A stretch of DNA of 62,302 bases, filler included, from Rhabdomonas costata (GCA_019059605.1; 33 parts of 33 records of this genome joined end to end with filler, not necessarily neighbours in it); one strand, 5' to 3'; shown: positions 25,033 to 37,691, counted from the first letter of the whole stretch. Notes: a model not told the origin generated them from the sequence alone. Made by a program: numbers and translations.

Positions 25033-25880
25033 CCTTGGGCACGGTTGTTGTGGTGAGGTTGCCCCCAGTGGCCCCAGAATTGGCCGGCGCGGGCTGGAGC
25101 TGGGTGACTCGGCCGTCCTCGTACAGCACGGTCCACAAGGAGGCCGCCCTTTGGCCCACCCATACGGTCTCCACAGTGCCCTTGAGGTGCACCGCCTCTT
25201 CGAGCTCCTCCACCGCACCAAACTCCCGCAGGACATCCATGCATCGCACGTTGGACGCCCCCATCTTGGGGTTGGCCTGGCCACCCCACTCACCCCGCAC
25301 GCTCAGTTCTCACGAAAACAACAGACCGGCAAAGACGAAGGCATCAACAGGACAGACAGAGCTCCACAGAGCACCAGTGGACAGGAAACAAGATGAGGTG
25401 GGGTTTTAATGAAGTCGAAGTAGACGGCCACAATAAAAAGAAGCACAATCCTCCAGAACAATGGCGATCCTGATGAAGGACCCCCTGCCGTGGGTTGTGG
25501 AGGTGGGAACAGGGGGTCAGACAGGAACAGAAACTTTGCCACCCCCCCCTTCCATGGCGATCCCTGCCATCGCAGGGATCGGGAAACGCTGCCACCGCAA
25601 TCCACAACAGGCTACTTTGCAGACAGGAGTTAGGGAAAAAGGAACTTTTGCCCCCTCCCACAACCTATAGAATTTTTCCATCACACTCGCCCATTCCCCA
25701 CCGTCTTTCAGAAGCCCCGGAGGGGCACTCAGTGTTGTATATCGTGACAGGGTGGGGTGGGGGGTCAGGGGTTAGGGCGAACCTCCAGAAAGGCCAGAAT
25801 GGCGTGCACCCCCTCTACGGGCTGGTTGAGCACCTCAATGGCGTGCGCATAGGTCAGCGCAAAGGAGGCGTTGCTGGGGC
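25033..25880 (-). CDS. Putative multi-exon gene, unknown product
   Basis: GC-rich exons NASFALTYAHAIEVLNQPVEGVHAILAFLE|gt (about 25783-25880) and ANPKMGASNVRCMDVLREFG...TTVPK|gtaacg (about 25033-25277). No family recognised. Confidence 0.45.
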
Positions 25881-28387
25881 ACAGCTCCAAACACCGCCTG
25901 TGGAAGTCACGAGGGTAGCCGGTCTCCCACCCACACATTCACATGCATACATGCACTCACTCACTCACTCACGCACTAAAACACACATTCCAATGTCCCC
26001 CCCCTCCGACGCTCTCTTCCACGATCGCACAAGCACCACCAAGGGCCGCGGAGACACCTACCCGATACTGCCCATATTGCACAGCGAGGCCCTAACCCCT
26101 CACCTGGAATAAAACCCAAGCAAAAAACTGAGACCGAACAAAGTGGAAAAGGAGGAAAGGAAATACGGAACAAAGAGTTGTTTTACCATTTTGAATTAAC
26201 ACTGGTGAAAGATTTTGCTTTTACAACATTTTACAAATTTTCAAAATCCCACCCGTGTCCAAGAAAAGGGTCAAAAACAGATTGAAAAGCTCAGAGGAAG
26301 GACCTTGAATTTTTTTGCTTTTAGATGGTTTCTTTAAAAGCCCCAAACTACATTTTACATGTTACATTATCAGATATTTTGCACCCCAAAACANNNNNNN
26401 NNNNNNNNNNNNNNNNNNNNNNNNNNNNNNNNNNNNNTTAATTAATTAANNNNNNNNNNNNNNNNNNNNNNNNNNNNNNNNNNNNNNNNNNNNTGTGTGT
26501 GGTGAGCTTGTACAAGCCCAGAAATTTCGAATCTGTTGCATCAGAGTTCATCAGCCTGCAACGGGAGCACGCCAGAGCAGACAAAGAGGAAACCTAATGC
26601 TGGGAGAAGATGGCAAGAAATTTTGTGATACCACTTAGGTTCATGCACCAATGCACAGACCCTCCGCTCTAAAACTTCTCTTTGACTCTGCGGTACGGTC
26701 TGTGCGGTTTTTGTCCGCTTCAGGGTGCGCTTCCAGTCAATGATGAGCACTCTGGCACCGCTTGTGACCAGTACGGAGTGCGAGCCCGTTCCCTGCATTG
26801 CGTGTTTGCTCCCTCGGGAACACACTGGTGCCTCTCTCATTTCCGCCTCCACGGGCGTATGCTTCTGCCTCTGGAGCTCGTTGGAGTGTCACTCCCCGTG
26901 ATGTTGCTCGACTGATGGAGCTCCATGGGGATAGACACACACAGACACACGTGTGACTGCTTTCGGCCTTGGCCTGCACTCGTTCGCCTAAGGTGCAGCC
27001 CTCATGGAACTCCTCTGAATGTCTTTTTTGTGTGGGATGTATATGTTGCGTGCCAAGCTTCGAGTCTGTGGGTGTCTGCCGCTCGCTCGAGTCTTCCTTT
27101 GCGGGGCTTGACTTGAGCAGCCGCTGCTCCATCACTCCCAGTCGGCAACCGCGTTTGCAGTGTCCCCCGATAACACATCGGGCCACAGAGGTGGATTTGA
27201 GGCTGGTGTCGGCTTCCCATTTCAATACTGTTTTTCCCCATCTCGGATGACCTGCACTTGTACATTTGAACCGCGATTGCGGACCTTTGTTTTCTCACTT
27301 GTGCACCCCGACCCTTATTCTGAGCGTTTGCGTTTTGCATGGCGAAGCCGCTGTGTGTGTTGATAGCTCTGATAGCTCCGTTAGCTGTTGTGTGTGCACG
27401 TGTCCGTTTTGTTGTTTTTGAATGTTGTGTTCTGCACTCTTGCGTGAGGAACGCTATGCACTTCGGCTAGGCTCCGCTTACCTCGGAACTCCTTGACGTC
27501 CTTTGGTTGATTTTGAATCGATGTCGGCAGCGGGAAGAATGTCGTTGCCCTTTGAGCCTCTGATTTGCCCCGTATCAGAGCGGAACGCGGAAAGACACGT
27601 TCCATCCAACGGGAGAGGGCTATTTGAGGGCTATTTGATCTGGCAGCCAAGTGCACCCACAAGAAAGGAGGAAAAGGGGTGAGGGTGAGTGAAAAGCGGT
27701 GTGAGAGGGAGGCCGAGCTTAAAATGCGAGCTCCATTTGAGGAGTTGCAGAAACGGACAACGGGATTTGTGTGGGCTTGGGGACTGTAGACCGTGGGCGT
27801 ATTATTGATAGAATTGGTGAAAGGCTGAAGCTCCGAAGCGCGCGTGGGGAAACGGGTATGACCGCAAGAGACCTACTTTTTTACGCTACTTTCACCGTTC
27901 GTATGTCTGAGCCAGTGGGTTGGTACTACTGTGGACAGTCGTTTAAGGTGTGCTGTTTTTTTCCCGCTGGTTCCCTTGTAGGGCTACTTGCTTTGCTTCG
28001 CGCACGTAAATGGATGATGTGGGAAGATGGGGAAATAGCCATCGTGCTTGCCCCGCGTTGATTTGTGCCCCTTTTCACTACACGCCCCCCCTCCTCGCTC
28101 CTTTAGCCTCGCCGCTTTACCCACATCATGATTATACTGGCTGAGTCCAGCTCGTGAAATAATGCGATTAGGGAAGTCAACTAAATCTTCCCCTTCCCTT
28201 TTGTTTTGTCCTTTTGATTTTAGCGCCTCTTCTTCTCTCCTTGCAGGGTGCAAGGGGAGAAGAAGAGGCGCTAAAACCAAAAACNNNNNNNNNNNNNNNN
28301 NNNNNNNNNNNNNNNNNNNNNNNNNNNNTTAATTAATTAANNNNNNNNNNNNNNNNNNNNNNNNNNNNNNNNNNNNNNNNNNNNTTG

Positions 28388-28449
28388 TTTGTTTAGATAT
28401 GACCTTTCTGCATCCACTTATGGATGGAGAAAGGTCATATCTAAACAAA
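28388..28449. repeat. 29-bp hairpin (1 mismatch, 4-nt loop) at contig start
   Basis: TTTGTTTAGATATGACCTTTCT...AGAAAGGTCATATCTAAACAAA. Confidence 0.85.
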
Positions 28450-28646
28450 TGAACAGTAATCAAAGAATTCACGAGTTGGCGGTCCGGATGTGCGCGGATG
28501 GCAAGGGTGGGGGAAAGGTGCGGGCACCCGGGGCAAAAAAGAAATTGCCAGCTATCGTTCACATGCATATGCACCTGAGTGGGCTCCTCGGTTCCCTCCG
28601 GGTTTTGCGTCGGCTTCCCAACGCTGTCGTCCAGTTCACTCAGCAC

Positions 28647-30131
28647 CTGCAGCCGCACCGGGGGCTCCACGGCCAGCTTGTTGTAGCTTTGCGCGAGGGT
28701 TTCCACCTTGATGTGGCCCTCCTCCGTGGTGTTGGCCACGGTATCCATCGGGTGCATCTCCACCGCCGAGAATCTGCCCTTCTATCAGTAAAATCCGGCA
28801 AAAGACGCTTTAGGTGTCCTACCCACGCAAGAGCACACTTCACAAGAATGCGAGCCGCGGGAAATTAAGGGGGGGGGTGACTAAGTGACAAATTAGTCCA
28901 TAGTATTGCGAAATACCAACTTTACGACACGACACGAAGCGGTGGAAAAAACGCACAATACGACACAACACGACAACAAAAGAAACAAACACTGGGTAAC
29001 AGACACCTTCCTGCAGTTGTGGCACTTGCAGTTCCGACTTAGGATCTCCAGGACAAACTGGAACATCTCTGGGAGATTTCGGAAAACCGCCAAGTGAAGC
29101 AGGCTGTGATTTGAAGAGTCCTTGCTGCGGCTGCACGCGCCCTTGGCCAGAAGCAGCTGCGCCATCTTGCGGTTATCCAGCCCCACAGCGAAGAACAGGG
29201 GGTGCTCCCCCAGCCCACACGGCCCGTTGAGCTTGAAGTAACTCCCTTGAAAGACCAACAAAGCTTACAGATAGAGAAAATCATCGACAAGACCAAAGGT
29301 AGGACAGAACCTTACGTTTTTGGGCACCACCATTTCGAACGTTCTTTCCGATCACAACCCAATCCATCCATCCTTTCGTTTTGCTACAAGGCATCCGGGG
29401 CAAGCACAAAATAAAAACGATTAACTATAGTAAATATGGGGATTCCCCAAGAAACCCTTTCAAAACAACTCTCAAGGAGAGAGATGGGCATCCCTGCTTC
29501 GCTTTTTTTATTTTGGATCAGGATTAATATTAAGCGGTTACCCAGGATTTAGGCAGCCCCAGCCCCTCCCCCCCGGCCGACCGCACCCGTGGCACGGCCT
29601 TCCAGGAGGTGCACCGCACTGCACTTCAGCATCTCCTCGGCCAGGTCGAGGTTCCCCTGGGCCACCACAATGTGCAGGGCGTTCTCCCCTTCGTACACCC
29701 GCAGCTCCTCCGGGGTGTCCTCCGGGATGGAGTAGCGCTGCCGCAGCAGCACCTCCACGTCAACGCCCGCCACAGTGCTCGCAAAGGTGGTCAGGCTCTG
29801 GATCTGCCTCCGCAGCAGCTTCTTCAGAAACGGGGTGGCACCGATGCTGTCTGCCTTTCGCCAATAACTCTGCACGCAGAAGGCGTGGGGTACAAGACCT
29901 CTCTTCTTCCATCGTTTGACAGGTGAGTGGCGTTCTTGGTCTTTGTGACCATAGGCGGGGATGGAACCTCACCTCCTCCAGGAATTCGCATCCGCCTTTT
30001 CGTTTTCGAAGTTTCCTGTGCTGGAGTGTTCTGCAATCGTCACGTGCACCGCGATTTGTTTCGGCAGCCCTGAAGGCCACCTGGCGGACAGCAACTTCAG
30101 CGGTTCCAAATTTTCCGACCATGACGTCATC
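28647..30131 (-). CDS. TRPV-like channel N-terminal ankyrin region (4 exons, partial)
   Basis: Exons 30131-29973, 29869-29587 (YEGENALHIVV...LLEGRATG), 29245-29007 (SYF...GEHPLFFAV...LLAKGA..KDSSNHSLLHLAV) and 28781-28647. The YEG..ALH / ARATG.FF / GE.PL.FA series is characteristic of TRPV. Confidence 0.75.
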
Positions 30132-32715
30132 CTAGCGATAGTGCATACTCACCTGCGTACTTTTCTGAGCCACAANNNNNNNNNNNNNNNNNNNNNNNNN
30201 NNNNNNNNNNNNNNNNNNNTTAATTAATTAANNNNNNNNNNNNNNNNNNNNNNNNNNNNNNNNNNNNNNNNNNNNGGGTTGTGTTCAGCAGACCAATGGG
30301 GAACCATCAGGAGGGGTATGCAGTAGCTGTAGCTGTGGGTTTTCGCGGGCAACCGATATTGGAAAGGGGCTGCTGTAACGTCTGTTTGTCGTCCTTTCTG
30401 TCCGGTACTCAACTCGATTATTCCGTTTGGGGAGTAGGTTTTGCTAACCCTTTGGTTGGCCTGCCCCATGTTAGGCCGATGCCATTAGGCTGCGTGGCAG
30501 ACATCCAATGAAACGTTGGCGGGGATCTGTGGGTCGATAGCGGCCCATTTATTGCAGTGTCAGCTTGCAACTCTGGGTTCAGTCTCTGAGTGGGGATCAA
30601 TTCTCGTTTTCCACTCTCTGTCTTTCTTCTGTTGCTGTATTGCAAATGCTTCCCAAAGCGACAGGTGTCTTTCTTTTGCCTTTTTTGCCTGTTTGGAGCA
30701 AGGTTTCCCTGTGTTGTTCTGGGGACTCTGTCCCGCGGGAGCGCACTCTCACTGCTGACTGTAGGTCTGGGGAATACCATACCTAGAACCCACCGCGCCG
30801 AAGGATTGCCTGAGTTGTACCAATATATCTGTTCTGGAAAAGGGCCCAGGGACTCAGGCTGCACACACACACTCTGACATTGTACGGGAAGCCATTTCTC
30901 GACAGAAGGGCTTCCCCTCCCATTTCCCCTGGTCCCCTTTCCCAAAATGCGCTCCACAAAAATTACCGTGCATTAGCAGTCTCCTGGATGCTGGGGGGCT
31001 GCCCAAAAGGACGGCGCTCCACTGAACCTGTTCATGCCTTCCGGTTGCTTTCATTCAACTCACCCACCTGATTCTCTCTGCTCTGGTCTCCACTGTCTTT
31101 CTGTGTGTGCCCTGTGACGTTCTGCATGGGACGGCTCGGCGTTGTTCACGGGCCGTGCGAAAGAAGTCAAACCGGGTTTATTCTGCAGGGAGATGGAGTA
31201 ATTGGAAAAGCGCGAGCCTGGAATTTCTGGAATTGGGGCTGTTCTGGTTTGTCCCTATTCATCCATTGACAACGGGAGGCTTGGAACCCACGGACTGGGA
31301 TCGACACGTTTCACTCGAAAAGTGATACGATGTAAGGCGAAATGAATTGTAGGATCTTTTTATCAAAATTTTACCTTCAGTAATTTTGAAGACGTTTGAA
31401 GACGTGAAGCATGGACGTTGGAATCAAATGTAGAGAATTCCCGATCGTGCAAACAGGGGCGTTTGTACAAAATGTTCTGCAAGGACAACCTTTTCCACCA
31501 TTGAATCTCAGGTTTCGTACCCGGAGGGCACCCTGATCCGCCAAATGCCACCCCGGCGGTCCCAACAACTTCAGGCGCCAAATGCCGGGAAGCTTCTACT
31601 GGCCTTATGGTGCGATCATGCCCTTAATACAAAATCCCCGCCCCGCAGAATGGTTTAGGCTGAATGAGCGCCCGTGCCGGTCAACCGCCGGACTGCTTGG
31701 CGGGTTGGCGCGGACGGACGTGCCAGTTTCCGATGCCCCGACCCCGATTATAGAGAGCCCTGTGCTTTAATAAAGTGTTCAAAAGAACGTTGCGCTGTTG
31801 CCCGCTCGGCCCAATTGGGTAAACACCAGGCTGGATAGGAAGAAGTTGGGGAAACAAATCGGGGGCACAGGGTCCGAAGGAAGCGGTCGGAGGCACAGGG
31901 AAGGGCATAAAAAGGGATCGCGTGGTGCGGGCAAAAAGGGGGGGAAGCCGCAAGTCTCAACCAAGAAAAAACCAAAGCCCAACACGGCACTAGGGGAGAA
32001 CACCACACACAGAAGCAAGAAAGACGATGCACAAAAACACAGACACACCCAACACACCCCAAAACANNNNNNNNNNNNNNNNNNNNNNNNNNNNNNNNNN
32101 NNNNNNNNNNTTAATTAATTAANNNNNNNNNNNNNNNNNNNNNNNNNNNNNNNNNNNNNNNNNNNNTGTTGGTGGTAGGGGCATTTCTCAGATTTCCCAG
32201 TCGCCTATTTAATGGCTTTCTCTCTCCCTCTCTCTCCCTCTGCTCGCTGCGCTCTCCTCCTACCTCCTCCTCCTCCTCCTACCATTCGCGCTGCTTGGCC
32301 TTTCCTTTTCCTCGAGTCAAGTTTGCAGCGGCAGGCATCAAACGCACTTCCAATGTTCCAGCCAACACACCAGATCCCTTCGTCGCGCCCCCCAAGGACG
32401 GTGGGTACAGCTCACTTCTTATCCAGATATATCCCGCACCGAAGAAAAACGGTAAACCCAACACACCAAACAGAGCATCAAACAAATCTCGATCAATCGC
32501 CACCACAGCAGCCCGAAAAAAAAAGGGGGCCAAACACATGCGAGCACACCATACGGGAAAGGGAATAAGGATGCACCCCAACCAAAATGGTGAGGTAGGA
32601 TTAGCACCCGACCACCAAAACCACACGCACAGGAGAATGGTGTCAGGGGTGTGGCGAAAAAGGCACAAAAAAAAAGGCGGGGCAAGCGTGCATGTGCGGT
32701 GTGTTGATCATGCAC

Positions 32716-32857
32716 GATGCATCTGTGTGCATCGGGAATCCCGAAAATGCGGCGTGCGTTTGGCGCCACATGGATTTCACGGAGAGTTCCAGATCTGTGG
32801 CAGACCTGGAGCACCACCACCCAGCGCTCGCCCAAAAAAGGAGAGGGCGAGCGCGCG

Positions 32858-32898
<41 letters not shown>

Positions 32899-33710
32899 TG
32901 AGAGTGAAAGGGAAACACTGGGAATACTGGCAGGCACCGAAATCGGTTCGAATCCAAATCACGGTTCACCACGAGGTCTTGCTCAGGAGAAGGCGACTTT
33001 GCTCCCACCCCAACAAGGAATTCCCCTGCGAAACATGGGGGCCAGCAGGTGCCTCGTTGGGGACACAAGCCGCCTGAAGACTGATGGGAGTCTCGCACAC
33101 GCGAACACTGAGGTGATAAAGGTCTCTCACACATGCGCACACAAGAACACAAGGTCGTCCTGTCAAGAGTGGAGAAGGGTGGGAGGAAGGAAGCGCGGGG
33201 CGGAATGGCTGTACCGAGAGGGTGAATAGGCCGGGCTCGCCGCGGAGCTGCTCGCGGAGCACCGCCAGGTCGCCGCGGCTGCACACGACGGCGAAGCTGG
33301 GGTGGTTCTGGGTCAGCTGCTGCAGCGTAGAGGCCACCTCGGCGTAGATCGCCCAAGCTGAGGGCAGCATCCCGAACTGCACCATGGCGTGCCCTAGGCG
33401 GTCTCGAACCTGTGGTCCCCACCACCAGCATGCATACACATACATTATTCAAAACACATGTTGTTGTACGTTACGTTCTACTTACGTGCCATACGTTCTG
33501 CTTCTGTGCCATCTTTGTGATGCACGATCATTCACCCTCAAATAGCCAAGAAGCAAAGAATGCATTTCTTTTCTGCGGGTCAGAGCAAAACACCGGAAAG
33601 TAGTCTGTGCAGAAGTTCCACGTCGTGGGCTGCACCGCCCGTTTTTGAGCACTGCGGGTAGCGGCCAGCTCGGAGCTTTGGACCAGCGCCTCCAGTCCTT
33701 CCACAACGAG
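32716..33710 (-). CDS. TRAPP II subunit TRAPPC10/Trs130-like (4 exons, partial)
   Basis: Exons 33710-33594 (KRAVQPTTWNFCTDYFP), 33409-33215 (VRDRLGHAMVQFGMLPSAWAIYAEV), 33073-32970 and 32805-about 32716 (SATDLE..MWRQ). They resemble the WNFC.FF..KE.LA..F...L..DAL..YDEL and AT..D...LF.RQ motifs. Confidence 0.6.
32851..32969. repeat. Copy 3 of the short dispersed repeat family, including (CA)18 at 32859-32894
   Basis: Occupies most of a TRAPPC10-like intron, starting at its GT donor. It contains GGTTCGAATCC (32945-32955). Confidence 0.7.
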
Positions 33711-33846
33711 CTGAGAAAAGAGCACATGCGCGCGAGTTCTTTTCCGCTTCTATGAGTGACCAGAAGGGCCGTGCAGCTCGGAGCGATGCAAATGAATGAG
33801 GGAAAAGGCAGTAACATGCCATGATTTGGGCGTCGTGAACAGCGGG

Positions 33847-33958
33847 TGTGCGTATGTGTTACTGAGTTTAATCATTACTGGATGTAATCATTTTTCAGGT
33901 GTGCACCTGAAAAATGATTACATCCAGTAATGATTACACTCAGTAACACATACGCACA
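33847..33958. repeat. 55-bp near-perfect hairpin at contig end (probable fold-back artefact)
   Basis: Arms pair around CAGGTG-TG-CACCTG with one mismatch. Confidence 0.9.
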
Positions 33959-34268
33959 TCCCCCNNNNNNNNNNNNNNNNNNNNNNNNNNNNNNNNNNNN
34001 NNNNNNNNTTAATTAATTAANNNNNNNNNNNNNNNNNNNNNNNNNNNNNNNNNNNNNNNNNNNNTCAAAAATTTCAACCAGATGCATTTTCAGGAGGGAA
34101 TGTAAAATGCATTTTCGTTTAGCTTTTTTGCCGATGTTATCACGAAGACACTGGGCAGACGGTTGGGTCACCTCCAAAATATGGTTACCTTGGGTCGTTT
34201 CATGGAACGAGTGTGCCCCATCTGGGGAAAAAAAAGTTGTGAACCGCTTTATGGTGTTTGTTTTGCAG

Positions 34269-35855
34269 GTGTTTTCTTCGCTGAGCAATGAGGTTACTTA
34301 TGGGGCCACGTTGGTCGACGCCCTGTCTGGAACGGCTCTGATGCTGCTGCAGGGTGCGCAGATAGGTGGTGGCTTCTCCTTTGCCCAGATTTACAACGGA
34401 AGCACCTCCACGATGAGCATTTACGGGGTGGACCCAAAAACCTCGAAGGTGGTTTATCCAGAGAGCCGATGCTGCTTCGGATGGTACATGTGCAACGTTC
34501 CTTGGCCAGACCTTCGCCGGGGCCCGGAGTTTTTGTTGGCCGCCACGCTGCCCGCTGGGGAGATGGCCTGGGGCCCACTGTTGCTCTCCTTCCCTGATCA
34601 GATGTACATCAGCCTCGTGTCACCTATCAGAGAAAAGGTACATGTTCGGCTTTAGTTTATTTTCCATATTCCCACCACTTCACCTTTGTGTGTTACGTTT
34701 TCAACTGTGGGAGGGACGATCACGTGGTGCCAACGGGATGAGGAGGTTTCAGTTTCAACAAGCTCAGAGGGGGCGTGCAGCAGTTGCCAGCGTAAACCGA
34801 AGTTCGCTGGTGTATCTTGGATCCCCCCCTGGAAAATGGATCAGGTGCAACCTGGATCCCCCACTCCCTTCACATGCATACCCTGGGATTCCAATAGCTT
34901 TTGCATTTGGGTTTCGGAAGCGATGCATGCTTCCCTTCTAGTAGTTTGCAGGGTTTCGGAGGCGATGCACGCGTGCCGATTCATTCCGTACATCATCTTG
35001 AGGAAGGGAGGGAGGGGGGCGGTATCCGCTTCACCTCAAGACTATCCCAAATTGCACACCCAGGGTAGAAACTGCTCTGGTAACCCCGCAACTGAAGTCT
35101 GGAGCCAGCCAAATGGCTTTAGTAGTTTTTGCAGCCGTAGTAGCCATAGTAGAACTGCAGTCCAGGTGTAAAACGGCTGAGAAAAATAAAACTTTGCGAA
35201 GTTTGCCTTTTTTTCTACAGTTCTTGATTGTCCTTCATTTCCTTTTTCACCTGTGCTCTCAGGAGGCTCCGTACCGCCTGCTGGGGATGGTGGAGCGAAG
35301 CCTGTTCCTAGTCGCTCTGCACTCCCTGCTGGCTTCCGTGGTGAGCTCGACGGCGGGGCAGATGATGTACGTCTTGGACCTCTCCGGTACAGTGGTGGGA
35401 AGCAGCCACGGAGGCAACATGGTCAGAGCGCATGTCTTCTTCTTGCCTGTTTTGCCGCGTTAAGGAGACCGTTCAAAACAAGTCCTTCATCCCGAAGGGA
35501 AAAAACGTTCGTCTCATGGTTCGGACTCAATTGCTTCAAAGTTGTTGTGCGAAGTCAGAAAAGTTGGACCGCTTCTTCTGCCTTGCACGTCGAAAGGATA
35601 AGCTCGCTGAAAGGAACATTTCATGAGAAGATGCATATATAAATTGCCTTGGAATTTGACTTGCCAGGGTAGAAAGATGTCCGAGTTGTGAAATACGTTT
35701 CGTTTGCACAGAGCACTCCGATGATAAACGTTCTGAACTTTACCGAGCCCGTGGTGAGCCAGTCTGCTCAGTGGCTGCTGCAGCGCCACGGCAGCTGGTC
35801 TGCGGTGGCCAGCAATGCCTCGGGCTACAACTTTGTCCCCATCACCACAGCAAGC
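34269..35855 (+). CDS. dCache-like extracellular sensor domain protein (probable receptor), 3 exons, partial
   Basis: Exons 34269-34637 (DLRRGPEFLLAA...MAWGP...YISLVSPI), 35263-35421 (LLGMVERSLFLVALHSLL...MYVLDLSGTVVGSSHG) and 35712->35855. They resemble the dCache_1 D.R.RPWY..A...W / G...D..L..L / Y..D..G..VAS pattern. Confidence 0.55.
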
Positions 35856-36083
35856 NNNNNNNNNNNNNNNNNNNNNNNNNNNNNNNNNNNNNNNNNNNNT
35901 TAATTAATTAANNNNNNNNNNNNNNNNNNNNNNNNNNNNNNNNNNNNNNNNNNNNGGGGTGGTTTGTGATGGTTGAGAGGAGCTGGTCGGGTGGGATGGA
36001 AGGTGGTATTTGGGTATCGTTCAGTGCTGGGGTCGGTAGTGGGTGAAAGAAGGGAGTGTGATACATGCTGGGTAGAAGGATCC

Positions 36084-36270
36084 ATGTCTCAGCTCCATAG
36101 AGTGCGATTGGCCGGACGATGGACAGGAACATCAAGAATTTATCACCTGTGGGCAGCTTGGCGGAGTGCAAAGACAGCGTCCGCTTTTGCTAGTCGGTGC
36201 CGGCTTCGAGATTAGGATCGAATTTGCGGCGCGACCCAAGGTAGGTGGAGGTGACGTCGTCGACGTGGAA
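36084..36270 (-). mobile_element. Decayed non-LTR retrotransposon (RTE/LINE-type) RT C-terminal fragment
   Basis: Frameshifted pieces TYLGS / RHRLAKADAVF / KFLMFLSIVRPIALYGAETW match the LINE YLG..RI.KA..F..K..LY...VRP..LYG.ETW region. Confidence 0.7.
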
Positions 36271-36449
36271 GGCCCTGAGTTGTAGACCCGGAGGGTTAGG
36301 TGTCGCAGTGGCGCGCTAGGAGACACCTGCAACAACCGGGTAGCTCAGGGATGCCCGGGAATCCACACACTGGCACCCTCCCTCCCAGTTTTTCTCACCC
36401 CCTCTGTTTCCTGCACCTTTGTCATCCGCGCACACTTGCCCACGCATAG

Positions 36450-37691
36450 CGAGCTCAAGGAGCCCATCCTGGCCTGCCCCAACGACCCCGACGATGTCAA
36501 GCTGCTGTCTGATGTCAAGGGCACGAAGATCGACGAGGTCTGGGGCCCTCTCCTTCTCCGCATCCTTTCCTCGCCTTCCTCGCTGGGTGGGGGGGGAGTG
36601 CTTGCATCGTTTCTTTCTACGATTGACGCACAATCACACCCATCTACCCATCTACCCATTTGTGAATCCAGCCAGTTGGCATTGTTATTGGCTTCTCTTG
36701 CAACGATTTTTGGGTATGTCCCGATTTGCTCGAGGTGTGCCTGCGTGTGTGCCTTCTGTGTGGGCTTTCTGCCCTTCCCTTCCGTTCCCTCACCACCACA
36801 CAGGTGTTCATTGGATCGTGCATGACCAACATCGGGCACTTCCGCGCCGTGGCCAATGTGCTGGCGCAGCAGAAGGGTCCCCTGCCGACCCGCCTGTTGG
36901 TGGCTCCCCCCACGAAGATGGACGCTGAGCAGCTCAAGGCGGAGGGATACTTCGGGATGTTCGGCGACGCCTCGGCCCGGATGGAGATGCCTGGGTGCTC
37001 CCTGTGCATGGTAGCTCCCGCTCCCCTGGCCCGTACTCACAGCTTCAATTTGCGCTCACATGCACAAAAACAGGCACGTTTTAGTCCTTTCCGCGGAGGA
37101 AAGACCCTCGACGACCAGGAACGTTATCAGAAGTTCTCTTCAGAGTTTGCTCGGGCAGCATCCGTTCGTCTGGCCTCTTCTACGTGGCTTCAAACTTGAA
37201 GTAAGTCGCAAAAGGCCTGAACCTTGAGCAGTCGACTGTGTGTATGTGTGTGTGTGTGTGCAGAACAAGCAGCACAAGGACACGCCACAGCACACCGCGC
37301 AAAGGCGCCATGTGTGTGTGGCTGTGACGGGCTCATTGGCGGGTCCCTTTGAGAAGGTGTTCGAACTGAACTGGACGGGACGGGGCCATCATCGTGGACT
37401 GGAATTGGCCGGTTTTTTCGCAACATATAAGGGGGGGTACGTGCTGCTGTGAACTAAGCGGATTACAAAACCCATTTCACTTCAGTGGGCGATGTACGTA
37501 CAAGAAAACACTGGTCCCTCTTTCTCTCCCGGTAACAGGGCAACCAAGCCCGAGTGGCGCCCAAGGCCACCGTGGTGTCGACGTCGACCAGGAACTTCCC
37601 CAACCGTCTGGGTGACGGCTCCAACGTCTACCTCTCCTCCGCTGAGCTCGCTGCGGTGGCCGCGATCACTGGCAAGCTGCCCACTCCAGAG
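36450..37691 (+). CDS. acnB: Bacterial-type aconitate hydratase B, C-terminal part, 3 exons
   Basis: Exons 36450-36537 ([29 protein letters not shown]), 36804-37010 ([15 protein letters not shown]...PPTKMD..QL..EGY...MPGCSLCM) and 37539-37691 (GNQARV...[34 protein letters not shown]). Confidence 0.96.

Noticed and set aside
32945-32955. tRNA gene suggested by GGTTCGAATCC
   Set aside because: No cloverleaf or acceptor stem could be formed. It is part of the dispersed repeat.
34909-34971. Two 22-nt direct repeats (GGGTTTCGGA.GCGATGCA.GC) as a mini-CRISPR
   Set aside because: Only two imperfect copies in a eukaryotic intron, consistent with a local duplication.
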